Source of the DNA: Actinomycetes bacterium
GTDB taxonomy: Bacteria > Actinomycetota > Actinomycetes > S36-B12 > UBA5976
Direction: 5' to 3'
NCBI GenBank assembly: GCA_037619625.1
Contig: JASJMK010000046.1
Span: 711-64,710 of the forward strand
DNA: 64,000 bases
In this document: positions 56,104-64,000 of the stretch, in pieces
Position numbering within the stretch: position 1 is the stretch's first letter
How the letters are laid out: every line of letters starts with the position of its first letter
Notes under the pieces: generated by a model
Told to the model about the DNA's origin: nothing
The model's database searches: none
The model's input: only the letters and a program-made list of their open reading frames with translations
Made by a program: the position numbers and the translations under genes

Positions 56104-57440
56104 TGTCAATCAAACAAGCAAAAGGTGACCTTGGTATTTTTGGCACTGATCCTGGCAGCGTGATAGCCATAAAAGTTCTCGGAATTTTTGTGATCATGGT
56201 TGTGATGACCCTGCTTACTATCTGGGCAGAACGTCGCATAGTTGGGCGAATGCAGATGCGAATTGGGCCAAACCGAGTTGGGCCATTTGGGTTACTTCAG
56301 TCGCTCATGGATGGCGTCAAACTTGCGCTTAAAGAAGAGATAATTCCAAAGGGGGTTCACTTTGCGGTTTATGCAATTGCGCCAGTGATTGCAGTAACTG
56401 CCGCGTTCCTCACTTTCGCAGTTATTCCGTTTGGGCCTGAAGTTTCAATTCTTGGGCATGTAACGCCACTGCAATTAACGGATTTCCCAGCCTCTGTTTT
56501 ATACGTTCTTGCTGTGGCATCCGTGGGAATTTACGGGATTGTGCTGGCGGGTTGGTCTTCGGGCTCAATTTACCCGCTACTGGGTGGCTTACGGTCATCA
56601 GCACAAATGATTAGTTATGAAATCGCAATGGGACTTTCGTTTGTTGCGGTTTTCTTATACGCCCAATCGATGTCGACATCACAGATTGTTGCTGCGCAAG
56701 AACCAATGTGGTACATCGTTTTACTTTTGCCGTCATTCGTTATCTACACCACAGCCATGGTCGGTGAAACCAACCGAGCTCCATTTGATTTACCCGAAGC
56801 AGAAGGCGAACTTGTAGCAGGCTTCCATACCGAATACTCATCGCTAAAGTTTGCCCTATTTTTCCTCGCTGAATACATCAACATGGTGACAGTCTCCGCG
56901 CTTGCCACCACATTATTCCTTGGCGGTTGGCGAGCCCCGTGGCCAATTTCATTATGGGATCAAGCCAACGTCGGTTGGTGGCCAATGATTTGGTTCTTTG
57001 GAAAAGTATTTGCCTTCATATTTGTGTTCATTTGGCTGCGTGGAACATTGCCGAGACTTCGCTACGACCAATTCATGAAGTTTGGCTGGAAAGTATTGAT
57101 ACCAGTTTCAATTGTTTGGATTTTGATCGTTGCGATAGCTCGTTATCTTCGAAGCACTGGTGGGATTGAGTCACGAAACTTACTTTTTGCGGCTAGCGCG
57201 GCGCTGTTTTTAGTCGTAATGATTTCCTACGCGCTAGATTTACGCCGTAAAAAGTCGGATGAAACTGAAGCTGACCGCTTAGCGATTGCGGCGACGCAAG
57301 AATTCGATCCATTCGCGGCCGGTTTTCCAGTCCCGCCAATGCCTGGACAAGTTGCCCAACCATCGCGCCACTCCGTCTTAGCAGTTCAAAGCCCTGCGGC
57401 TAAAGTTGGAATCAACATGGAAGTTACAGAGGACAACTAA
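56103..57440 (+). CDS. nuoH: NADH-quinone oxidoreductase subunit H
   Basis: [31 protein letters not shown]; start ATG 56103. Confidence 0.96.
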   Translation: MSIKQAKGDLGIFGTDPGSVIAIKVLGIFVIMVVMTLLTIWAERRIVGRMQMRIGPNRVGPFGLLQSLMDGVKLALKEEIIPKGVHFAVYAIAPVIAVTAAFLTFAVIPFGPEVSILGHVTPLQLTDFPASVLYVLAVASVGIYGIVLAGWSSGSIYPLLGGLRSSAQMISYEIAMGLSFVAVFLYAQSMSTSQIVAAQEPMWYIVLLLPSFVIYTTAMVGETNRAPFDLPEAEGELVAGFHTEYSSLKFALFFLAEYINMVTVSALATTLFLGGWRAPWPISLWDQANVGWWPMIWFFGKVFAFIFVFIWLRGTLPRLRYDQFMKFGWKVLIPVSIVWILIVAIARYLRSTGGIESRNLLFAASAALFLVVMISYALDLRRKKSDETEADRLAIAATQEFDPFAAGFPVPPMPGQVAQPSRHSVLAVQSPAAKVGINMEVTEDN

Positions 57441-57983
57441 ATGCCTAAAGTTCCACAAGTAATCCGCGGTTTCGGAGTGACTTTCCGATCTATGTTTAAA
57501 CGAGTTACTACTGAGCAGTACCCAGAAGAGCGGGAAAAGTATCCACCAAAGCCGCGCTTCCATGGTCGCCATCAGCTCAACCGTCATCCTGATGGTCTGG
57601 AGAAATGCATTGGTTGCGAACTATGCGCTTGGGCATGTCCAGCTGATGCCATTTATGTAGAGGGCGCAGACAACACTGACGAACAAAGATTTTCGCCAGG
57701 TGAAAGATACGGCGTCACTTATCAAATTAACTATCTTCGCTGTATTTTATGTGGGCTCTGCATTGAGGCCTGCCCTACTCGCGCACTGACAATGACGAAT
57801 GAATATGAATTAGCTGATGATAGCCGCGAAAAGCTTATTTTCACCAAAGAAGATTTGTTAGCGCCATTGTTAGCAGGTATGGAATTGCCACCGCATGACA
57901 TGGCTCCTGGTACTACTGCAATTGATTATTACGAAGGAAAGATTAAAGCCAGTTCAAAGTCGGCAATGGTTGGTGACCAATGA
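57441..57983 (+). CDS. nuoI: NADH-quinone oxidoreductase subunit I
   Basis: Two CxxCxxCxxxCP motifs. Confidence 0.97.
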   Translation: MPKVPQVIRGFGVTFRSMFKRVTTEQYPEEREKYPPKPRFHGRHQLNRHPDGLEKCIGCELCAWACPADAIYVEGADNTDEQRFSPGERYGVTYQINYLRCILCGLCIEACPTRALTMTNEYELADDSREKLIFTKEDLLAPLLAGMELPPHDMAPGTTAIDYYEGKIKASSKSAMVGDQ

Positions 57984-58708
57984 CCGGTGAGAGTTTAGTC
58001 TTTGGAGTTTCGGGAACTTTCGCAATAGTCGGTGCGGTCGGAATGGTGATTTCACGCAAGGCTGTGCATAGCGCACTGTGGGTTGCGTTCGCGATGATTA
58101 ACATCGCAATCCTGTATTTCTCCTTAGAAGCGCCGTTCCTGGGGACAATTCAAATCATCGTTTATACCGGAGCGATAATGATGATGTTCCTTTTCGTTCT
58201 AATGATGGTCGGCGTGGATTCATCTGACTCTCTGATTGAAACCATTAAAGGTCAGCGCGTATTGGCCTCACTTTTTGGATTAACTTTTGGCGCCATGTTA
58301 GTCAGCGGGATCACGAGTTCCCTTGCATCACCATCTGCAGGTTTAGCGACTGCGAACGCAAACTCTGGGGGACACATCCAGGCTATTGCCAGACTAATTT
58401 TTCGTGATTATGTTTTTGCATTCGAGGCACTCTCAGCAGTACTTATCACAGCTGCAGTTGGCGCAATTTTGTTGGCACACAATGAACGTTGGGCGCCACG
58501 TAAAACTCAGGATCAAATGCAGCGCGAGCGCACGCTTGGCACGCACATAACTCCACTTCCAGCCCCTGGTGTACTCGCCAGCACTAACGCAGTTGATACC
58601 CCAGCGCTGTTACCTGATGGCTCGATCTCTACAACTTCGCTGCCAGGAACATTTGGAATTAAAGGGCAAGTTGATGCAGCCCGAAGTATTACGGAGGAAG
58701 GTAAGTGA
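57980..58708 (+). CDS. nuoJ: NADH-quinone oxidoreductase subunit J
   Basis: AVHSAL, Q..VY.GAIM. Confidence 0.94.
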   Translation: MTGESLVFGVSGTFAIVGAVGMVISRKAVHSALWVAFAMINIAILYFSLEAPFLGTIQIIVYTGAIMMMFLFVLMMVGVDSSDSLIETIKGQRVLASLFGLTFGAMLVSGITSSLASPSAGLATANANSGGHIQAIARLIFRDYVFAFEALSAVLITAAVGAILLAHNERWAPRKTQDQMQRERTLGTHITPLPAPGVLASTNAVDTPALLPDGSISTTSLPGTFGIKGQVDAARSITEEGK

Positions 58709-59004
58709 ACCCAAATAATTACTTACTCCTTGCTGCAATCTTGTTCACGATAGGCGCCTATGGCGTATTAGTAAGGCGCAATGCGATCATCGTATTTTTG
58801 AGTGTCGAATTGATGTTAAATGCAGCCAATTTGGCATTCGTGGCGGCCGCCCGCAACACCGGCACCCTTGATGGACTAGTTGCTGCCTTCTTTGTAATGG
58901 TGGTTGCGGCAGCTGAGGTAGTTGTTGGCCTTGCAATTATTGTGACAATTTTCCGTACTCGTCGATCAGCCTCGATCGATGAAGCAAGTCTGATGAAGTA
59001 CTAG
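58705..59004 (+). CDS. nuoK: NADH-quinone oxidoreductase subunit K
   Basis: RRNAI, ELMLNA, AAAE..VGLAI. Confidence 0.96.
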   Translation: MNPNNYLLLAAILFTIGAYGVLVRRNAIIVFLSVELMLNAANLAFVAAARNTGTLDGLVAAFFVMVVAAAEVVVGLAIIVTIFRTRRSASIDEASLMKY

Positions 59005-59015
59005 AGGAACTTGAA

Positions 59016-60875
59016 ATGATTGCCGCACTTATTGGACTGCCCTTATTTGGCGCCGTAGCACTTCTGCTTGGTGGTCGTCGCACAAATGCTTGGGGACATT
59101 TACTTGCTGTTGCCATGTCTGCTTTGTCGTTTTTCATTGCAGCGATACTTTCTGTTCAGATGATTGGTAAGCCAGAAGAAGAGCGCGAAATCAGCCAACA
59201 CTTATTTGATTGGATAGCTGTTGGCGCATTTCAAATTCCGTTTGGCTTTCACTTAGATCAACTAGCCATAGTTTTTGTTCTGTTGATTACCGGCGTTGGA
59301 ACTTTGATCCACATCTACTCAATTGGCTACATGGCGCACGAACCAAATCGCCGCCAATTCTTTGGGTATCTAAATCTTTTCATCGCAGCAATGTTGCTAT
59401 TGGTTTTGGCGGACAATTATTTCTTGCTTTACCTCGGCTGGGAGAGTGTGGGCTTAGCCTCTTATCTCCTTATTAGTTTCTATCAACAGAAACCATCAGC
59501 TGCAGCTGCAGGAAAGAAAGCATTCATTGTTAACCGAGTTGGAGACGTGGGTCTGGCCCTTGCGATTCTGTTGATGTTTGTCACTTTTGGAACATTAAGT
59601 TTTGAAGGGGTAGCAGCAGGAGCAAGCGCCGCTTCGCCATCAACGGTGACCTGGATCGGTCTAGCACTGTTGCTTGCAGCCTGCGGTAAGAGTGCGCAGT
59701 TCCCGTTGCAATCCTGGTTACTTGATGCAATGGAAGGACCGACACCTGTTTCAGCATTGATTCACGCTGCAACTATGGTCACTGCTGGCGTGTATTTAAT
59801 CGTTCGCGCGCATGCAATTTTTGATCTTTCAGAAACAGCTAGAACTGCCGTAGTAGTTGTCGGTGCAATCACGCTCTTGCTTGGTGCGTTTATTGGTACC
59901 GCAAAAGATGACATCAAAAAGGGACTGGCTGGTTCCACTATGAGTCAAATTGGTTACATGATTTTGGCGGCAGGCCTTGGACCTGTCGGTTATGTGTTTG
60001 CAATCTTCCATTTACTAACTCACGGCATGTTTAAGGCCGGACTATTCTTGGGTGCCGGCTCGGTGATGCACGGCATGCATGATGATGTAAACATGCGGCA
60101 CTATGGCGCACTTCGAACCATGATGAAGGTAACTTATGCCTCTTTTGGCTTGGGATTTTTAGCAATCATTGGTATTCCACCATTCGCCGGATTCTGGTCT
60201 AAGGACGAAATTATTCATGCAGCGTTTGGACAAAACTTGTTCATTGGACTTGCAACTCTGCTTGGCGCGGGCGTCACTGCTTTTTACATGACTCGAATGA
60301 TGGCCATGACATTCTTTGGGGAAGCGCGGTGGGAGCAAGATGTTAAGCCACATGAATCACCAGCTGTGATGACAATTCCTATGATTGTGCTCGCACTAGG
60401 TTCAGCATTTGGTGGCATGGCAATGCTATTCATAGGTGACATCGAACATTGGTTGGAGCCAGTTACTGGATTTGCTTATCCACAAAACTCAGTTTCAAAT
60501 GCGGTGCTAATTCCAATAACACTTGCTGTAGTTCTTGGTGGTGCTGGCTACGCTTGGCTCCGCTATGGTCGCCGGCCAATCCCAGTGGTTGCTCCGGCAA
60601 ATGTAAGTTTGTTAACTAGAGCTGCGCGCGCAGATGCCTACGGCGATGCAATCAATGAAAGTTTGTTTATGCGTCCAGGACAATACTTAACTCGATCTTT
60701 AACTTGGTTTGATGCCAAAGCGATAGATGGATTTGTTGGCGGTATCGCAGCAGCCGTTGGCGGTTTGTCGGCGCGTAGTCGCCGATTGCAAAACGGTTAC
60801 GTCCGTTCTTATGCATTAACTATGTTTGGTGGAGCCACCTTGATTGCGCTAGTTCTTCTCTTAGTGAGGCTTTAA
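59016..60875 (+). CDS. nuoL: NADH-quinone oxidoreductase subunit L
   Basis: [28 protein letters not shown]. Confidence 0.97.
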   Translation: MIAALIGLPLFGAVALLLGGRRTNAWGHLLAVAMSALSFFIAAILSVQMIGKPEEEREISQHLFDWIAVGAFQIPFGFHLDQLAIVFVLLITGVGTLIHIYSIGYMAHEPNRRQFFGYLNLFIAAMLLLVLADNYFLLYLGWESVGLASYLLISFYQQKPSAAAAGKKAFIVNRVGDVGLALAILLMFVTFGTLSFEGVAAGASAASPSTVTWIGLALLLAACGKSAQFPLQSWLLDAMEGPTPVSALIHAATMVTAGVYLIVRAHAIFDLSETARTAVVVVGAITLLLGAFIGTAKDDIKKGLAGSTMSQIGYMILAAGLGPVGYVFAIFHLLTHGMFKAGLFLGAGSVMHGMHDDVNMRHYGALRTMMKVTYASFGLGFLAIIGIPPFAGFWSKDEIIHAAFGQNLFIGLATLLGAGVTAFYMTRMMAMTFFGEARWEQDVKPHESPAVMTIPMIVLALGSAFGGMAMLFIGDIEHWLEPVTGFAYPQNSVSNAVLIPITLAVVLGGAGYAWLRYGRRPIPVVAPANVSLLTRAARADAYGDAINESLFMRPGQYLTRSLTWFDAKAIDGFVGGIAAAVGGLSARSRRLQNGYVRSYALTMFGGATLIALVLLLVRL

Positions 60876-60877
60876 TT

Positions 60878-62404
60878 ATGCTGTTAACAATCATGCTGCT
60901 CATTCCACTTGTGGGATCGATCGTAGTTTTCTTACTGCCTGTTGCGAAAGCAACATTGGCAAAGCAAGTTGCTCTTGCATTTGCACTTGTCACCTTGGTG
61001 GTTTCATTATTTGTGGTAGCTGGTCTTGATAATTCAACTGGACTTCTGCAATACGTAGAGTCCTATGAGTGGATTGCAGCGTTTGGGATCTCTTGGACAC
61101 TTGGGGTAAATGGCATTTCGGCGTTACTAATTGTGATGTCTGCGATTTTGGTACCAGTAGCCATGATTGCGGGTTGGTGGGATGCCGAAAATGCATCTCG
61201 AGGAACTGCCAAAGGATATTTTTCGCTTATTTTGATCCTTGAGTCCTGCATCATTGGCGCTTTTGCTGCAAATGATTTGTTCTTGTTCTACGTATTTTTC
61301 GAAGCCATGCTATTTCCTATTTATTTCTTAATTGGAAGATTTGGTGGACCGCAACGAGCTTATGCCGCTATGAAGTTTTTACTGTATTCATTAGTCGGTG
61401 GCTTATTCATGCTTGCGGCAATGATCGGGCTATATGTAGTTTCGGCTCGCGAACTGGGTGCGGGAACTTTTGATGTAGTAACGCTAACTTCCTTAAACAT
61501 TGATCCAGGTACCCAAAAAATGTTGTTCCTTGGTTTCTTTTTCGCCTTTGCAGTTAAGGCTCCGATGGTTCCGTTTCACACTTGGTTGCCAGATGCTGCG
61601 GCTGAGGCAACTCCGGGCACCTCAACTTTGTTAGTGGGCGTTCTAGATAAAGTCGGAACTTTTGGAATGCTTCATTTCTTGCTGCCAATTTTCCCAGAAG
61701 CCAGTAAGTTCTACGCCCCAGTTATTATTGTGCTTGCCGTTATAAGTATTTTCTATGGCGCGCTGGTTGCTATTGGCCAAACTGACGTAATGCGATTGAT
61801 CGCTTTCACTTCTATTTCACACTTCGGTTTCATAGTTTTGGGCATTTTTGTATTTACTTCACAAGGTTTAACTGGAGCTTCGTTCTACATGGTTAATCAT
61901 GGATTCTCCACAGGAGCACTTTTCTTAGTTATGGGTTACTTAGTTTCGCGCCGTGGTTCAAAGCGAATTGCAGATTTTGGTGGCGTCCAAAAAGTTGCCC
62001 CGGTAATGACAGGAGTTTTCTTGCTCTCGGGTCTGTCTTCGTTAGCTCTGCCGGGCATGTCTAGTTTCGTTTCAGAATTTCTAGTTTTAGCTGGAGCTTT
62101 TGCGGTTAATCAACCGGCTGCGATATTTGCAACTCTTGGAATTGTGCTTGCTGCGGTATATATCCTGTGGATGTATCAACGGATGATGACTGGTGTCCCA
62201 CCACAAGAAATCACTGAAACCGTAACGGAAATCACCCGACGTGAGTTAACAGCAGTCGTGCCACTTTTAGTGCTTTTGATTGGCTTGGGATTCTTCCCTC
62301 AGGTCGCGCTCAATGCCATAAATCCAGCAGTGCAGCAAGTTCAAGAATATGTTGGTTTCGCTGACCCACAAGCTGCAGTTGTAATTGAGGGGAGTGGCTC
62401 ATGA
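60878..62404 (+). CDS. nuoM: NADH-quinone oxidoreductase subunit M
   Basis: FYVFFE, K.PM.PFHTWLPDA. Confidence 0.96.
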   Translation: MLLTIMLLIPLVGSIVVFLLPVAKATLAKQVALAFALVTLVVSLFVVAGLDNSTGLLQYVESYEWIAAFGISWTLGVNGISALLIVMSAILVPVAMIAGWWDAENASRGTAKGYFSLILILESCIIGAFAANDLFLFYVFFEAMLFPIYFLIGRFGGPQRAYAAMKFLLYSLVGGLFMLAAMIGLYVVSARELGAGTFDVVTLTSLNIDPGTQKMLFLGFFFAFAVKAPMVPFHTWLPDAAAEATPGTSTLLVGVLDKVGTFGMLHFLLPIFPEASKFYAPVIIVLAVISIFYGALVAIGQTDVMRLIAFTSISHFGFIVLGIFVFTSQGLTGASFYMVNHGFSTGALFLVMGYLVSRRGSKRIADFGGVQKVAPVMTGVFLLSGLSSLALPGMSSFVSEFLVLAGAFAVNQPAAIFATLGIVLAAVYILWMYQRMMTGVPPQEITETVTEITRRELTAVVPLLVLLIGLGFFPQVALNAINPAVQQVQEYVGFADPQAAVVIEGSGS

Positions 62405-63969
62405 AGGTAGATATTTCTTATCAAGCTTTAGCTCCAATTATTATTTTGCTAACTTCTGGCGTACTTTCGGTACTCATTGAAGCGCTAGTACCAAGAACTT
62501 TCCGCAGGCCAGTACAACTGGTTTTGGTGCTTAGTTCAATCGTTTTGGCCTTTGCCTATCTCGTCTTCAATTCAACGGTTGCCTTAACTGCAGATCCGGC
62601 ATTTAGTGGTGGCCAAGTTAAGGGCTTACGCGAAATCGCAGCAGCCGGCGCAATTGCAATTGATGGTCCTGGCATGGTGATTCAGGGAATTATTTTATTA
62701 ATCTCCTTTTCGGCCGCACTTCTACTTGCAGAGCGACAGATTGACCCCCAGGGTGACGCATTTACAGCGCGCGCTTCAACCCTTCCAGGAAGTGAAGACG
62801 AGCGTCAGTTCACTTCAAACGGATGGATGCAGACCGAAATTTGGCCGCTGTATTTATTTTGCGTTGGTGGCATGTTGCTATTCCCAGTGGCAAATGACTT
62901 CTTGATTATGTTCGTAGCTCTAGAAGTTTTCTCACTGCCGCTTTACTTGTTGGCCAGTATGGCTCGCCGCCGGCGCCTGTTGAGCCAAGAAGCAGCGTTA
63001 AAGTATTTTATTTTGGGCTCTTTCTCTAGTGCATTCTTTCTATTTGGCGCGGCACTTATCTATGCAGCGACCTCATCTGTTAATTTCAGCGTCGTATCTG
63101 TTGCAATGGAAAACTCATCCCAAGATGGCTTAATCATTTCTGGTATCGCAATGATTGCTGTTGGCTTGTTATTTAAAGTTGGTGCGGTGCCATTTCACCA
63201 GTGGGTCCCAGATGTTTATCAAGGATCGCCAACTCCATTAGTTGCCTTCATGAGCGCGGCCACAAAAGTTGCTGCGTTCGGAGCCCTACTTCGCGTTTTT
63301 TACGTCGCATTCGGTGGCATGCGTTGGGATTGGCGACCAATGATGTGGGTAATTGCGGGCCTGACCATGATCATTGGCTCACTACTTGCAGTTACGCAAA
63401 CTGACATGAAGCGGATGTTGGCATTCTCTTCCGTAGCCCATACTGGATTTCTCCTACTTGGCGTTGTGGCCTCAAGCGCAGCAGGACTTTCAAGTTCACT
63501 GTTTTACTTACTTGCTTATGCATTCACTTCACTCGGAACCTTTGCGATTGTTGGCTTAGTACGCGACGCATCAGGGGAAGCAACACATTTGTCGCAATGG
63601 GCCGGGCTTGGTAAGAAGTCCCCTTGGATTGCGAGTATTTTTGCCTTGTTCCTATTGGCGCTAGCTGGCATCCCATTAACAAGTGGTTTCACCGGCAAGT
63701 TCGCAATCTTCACCGCAGCTGTGGAGGGTGGCGCAACGCCACTTGTCATCATTGCCGTACTGGCAAGCGCTGTTGCCGCATTCTTTTATGCCCGAGTTAT
63801 AGTTTTGATGTTCTTTACTGAGCCACCGATAGATGGTCCTGCAGTAGTAATTCCAAGCGGCTTAACAACAGTTGCCATTGGAATAAGTGCTGCCTTCACT
63901 CTGTTACTGGGAATTGCGCCCCAACCAGTACTGGAATTAGTAATTAACGTTGGACTATTCATTCGTTAA
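62401..63969 (+). CDS. nuoN: NADH-quinone oxidoreductase subunit N
   Basis: EAALKYF, FKVGAVPFH.W.PDVYQGSPT, KRMLAFSS. Confidence 0.96.
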   Translation: MKVDISYQALAPIIILLTSGVLSVLIEALVPRTFRRPVQLVLVLSSIVLAFAYLVFNSTVALTADPAFSGGQVKGLREIAAAGAIAIDGPGMVIQGIILLISFSAALLLAERQIDPQGDAFTARASTLPGSEDERQFTSNGWMQTEIWPLYLFCVGGMLLFPVANDFLIMFVALEVFSLPLYLLASMARRRRLLSQEAALKYFILGSFSSAFFLFGAALIYAATSSVNFSVVSVAMENSSQDGLIISGIAMIAVGLLFKVGAVPFHQWVPDVYQGSPTPLVAFMSAATKVAAFGALLRVFYVAFGGMRWDWRPMMWVIAGLTMIIGSLLAVTQTDMKRMLAFSSVAHTGFLLLGVVASSAAGLSSSLFYLLAYAFTSLGTFAIVGLVRDASGEATHLSQWAGLGKKSPWIASIFALFLLALAGIPLTSGFTGKFAIFTAAVEGGATPLVIIAVLASAVAAFFYARVIVLMFFTEPPIDGPAVVIPSGLTTVAIGISAAFTLLLGIAPQPVLELVINVGLFIR

Positions 63970-64000
63970 ATCTCGAGTCGCAACTTGCCTCGCAAAGTGG

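Overview
Compact chromosome segment of a relatively low-GC (roughly 45-50% by eye) Actinomycetota genome, plausibly a streamlined freshwater lineage (inference). 1-20.4 kb is an accessory catabolic region: a GcoA/CYP255-like P450, an hpaE/hpaD/hpaG-like meta-cleavage operon with ferredoxin and reductase, a PuuD-like hydrolase, MarR, two further paralogous P450s, two glutamine-synthetase-like gamma-glutamyl ligases, two class I glutamine amidotransferases, an MppR-like acetoacetate-decarboxylase-fold protein, ADH, acyl-CoA dehydrogenase and an APC permease. A repeated 18-bp palindromic operator ties several of these units together. The gene set suggests an undescribed route that degrades aromatic amines while the amine is protected by gamma-glutamylation. 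20.5-64 kb is core actinobacterial synteny: disA-radA, ppx, proline dehydrogenase-proC, bS22, rex, a lone cobA/hemD fusion (hemA/C/B/L absent from their usual positions), cytochrome c biogenesis system II, men genes and nuoA-N. Non-coding signals include two PafBC-type DNA-damage promoters, a Rex operator, many leaderless promoters and four stop-codon-spanning hairpin duplications. No tRNA, rRNA, CRISPR array or mobile element was recognised. All family calls come from motif recognition and recalled reference sequences, not database searches.
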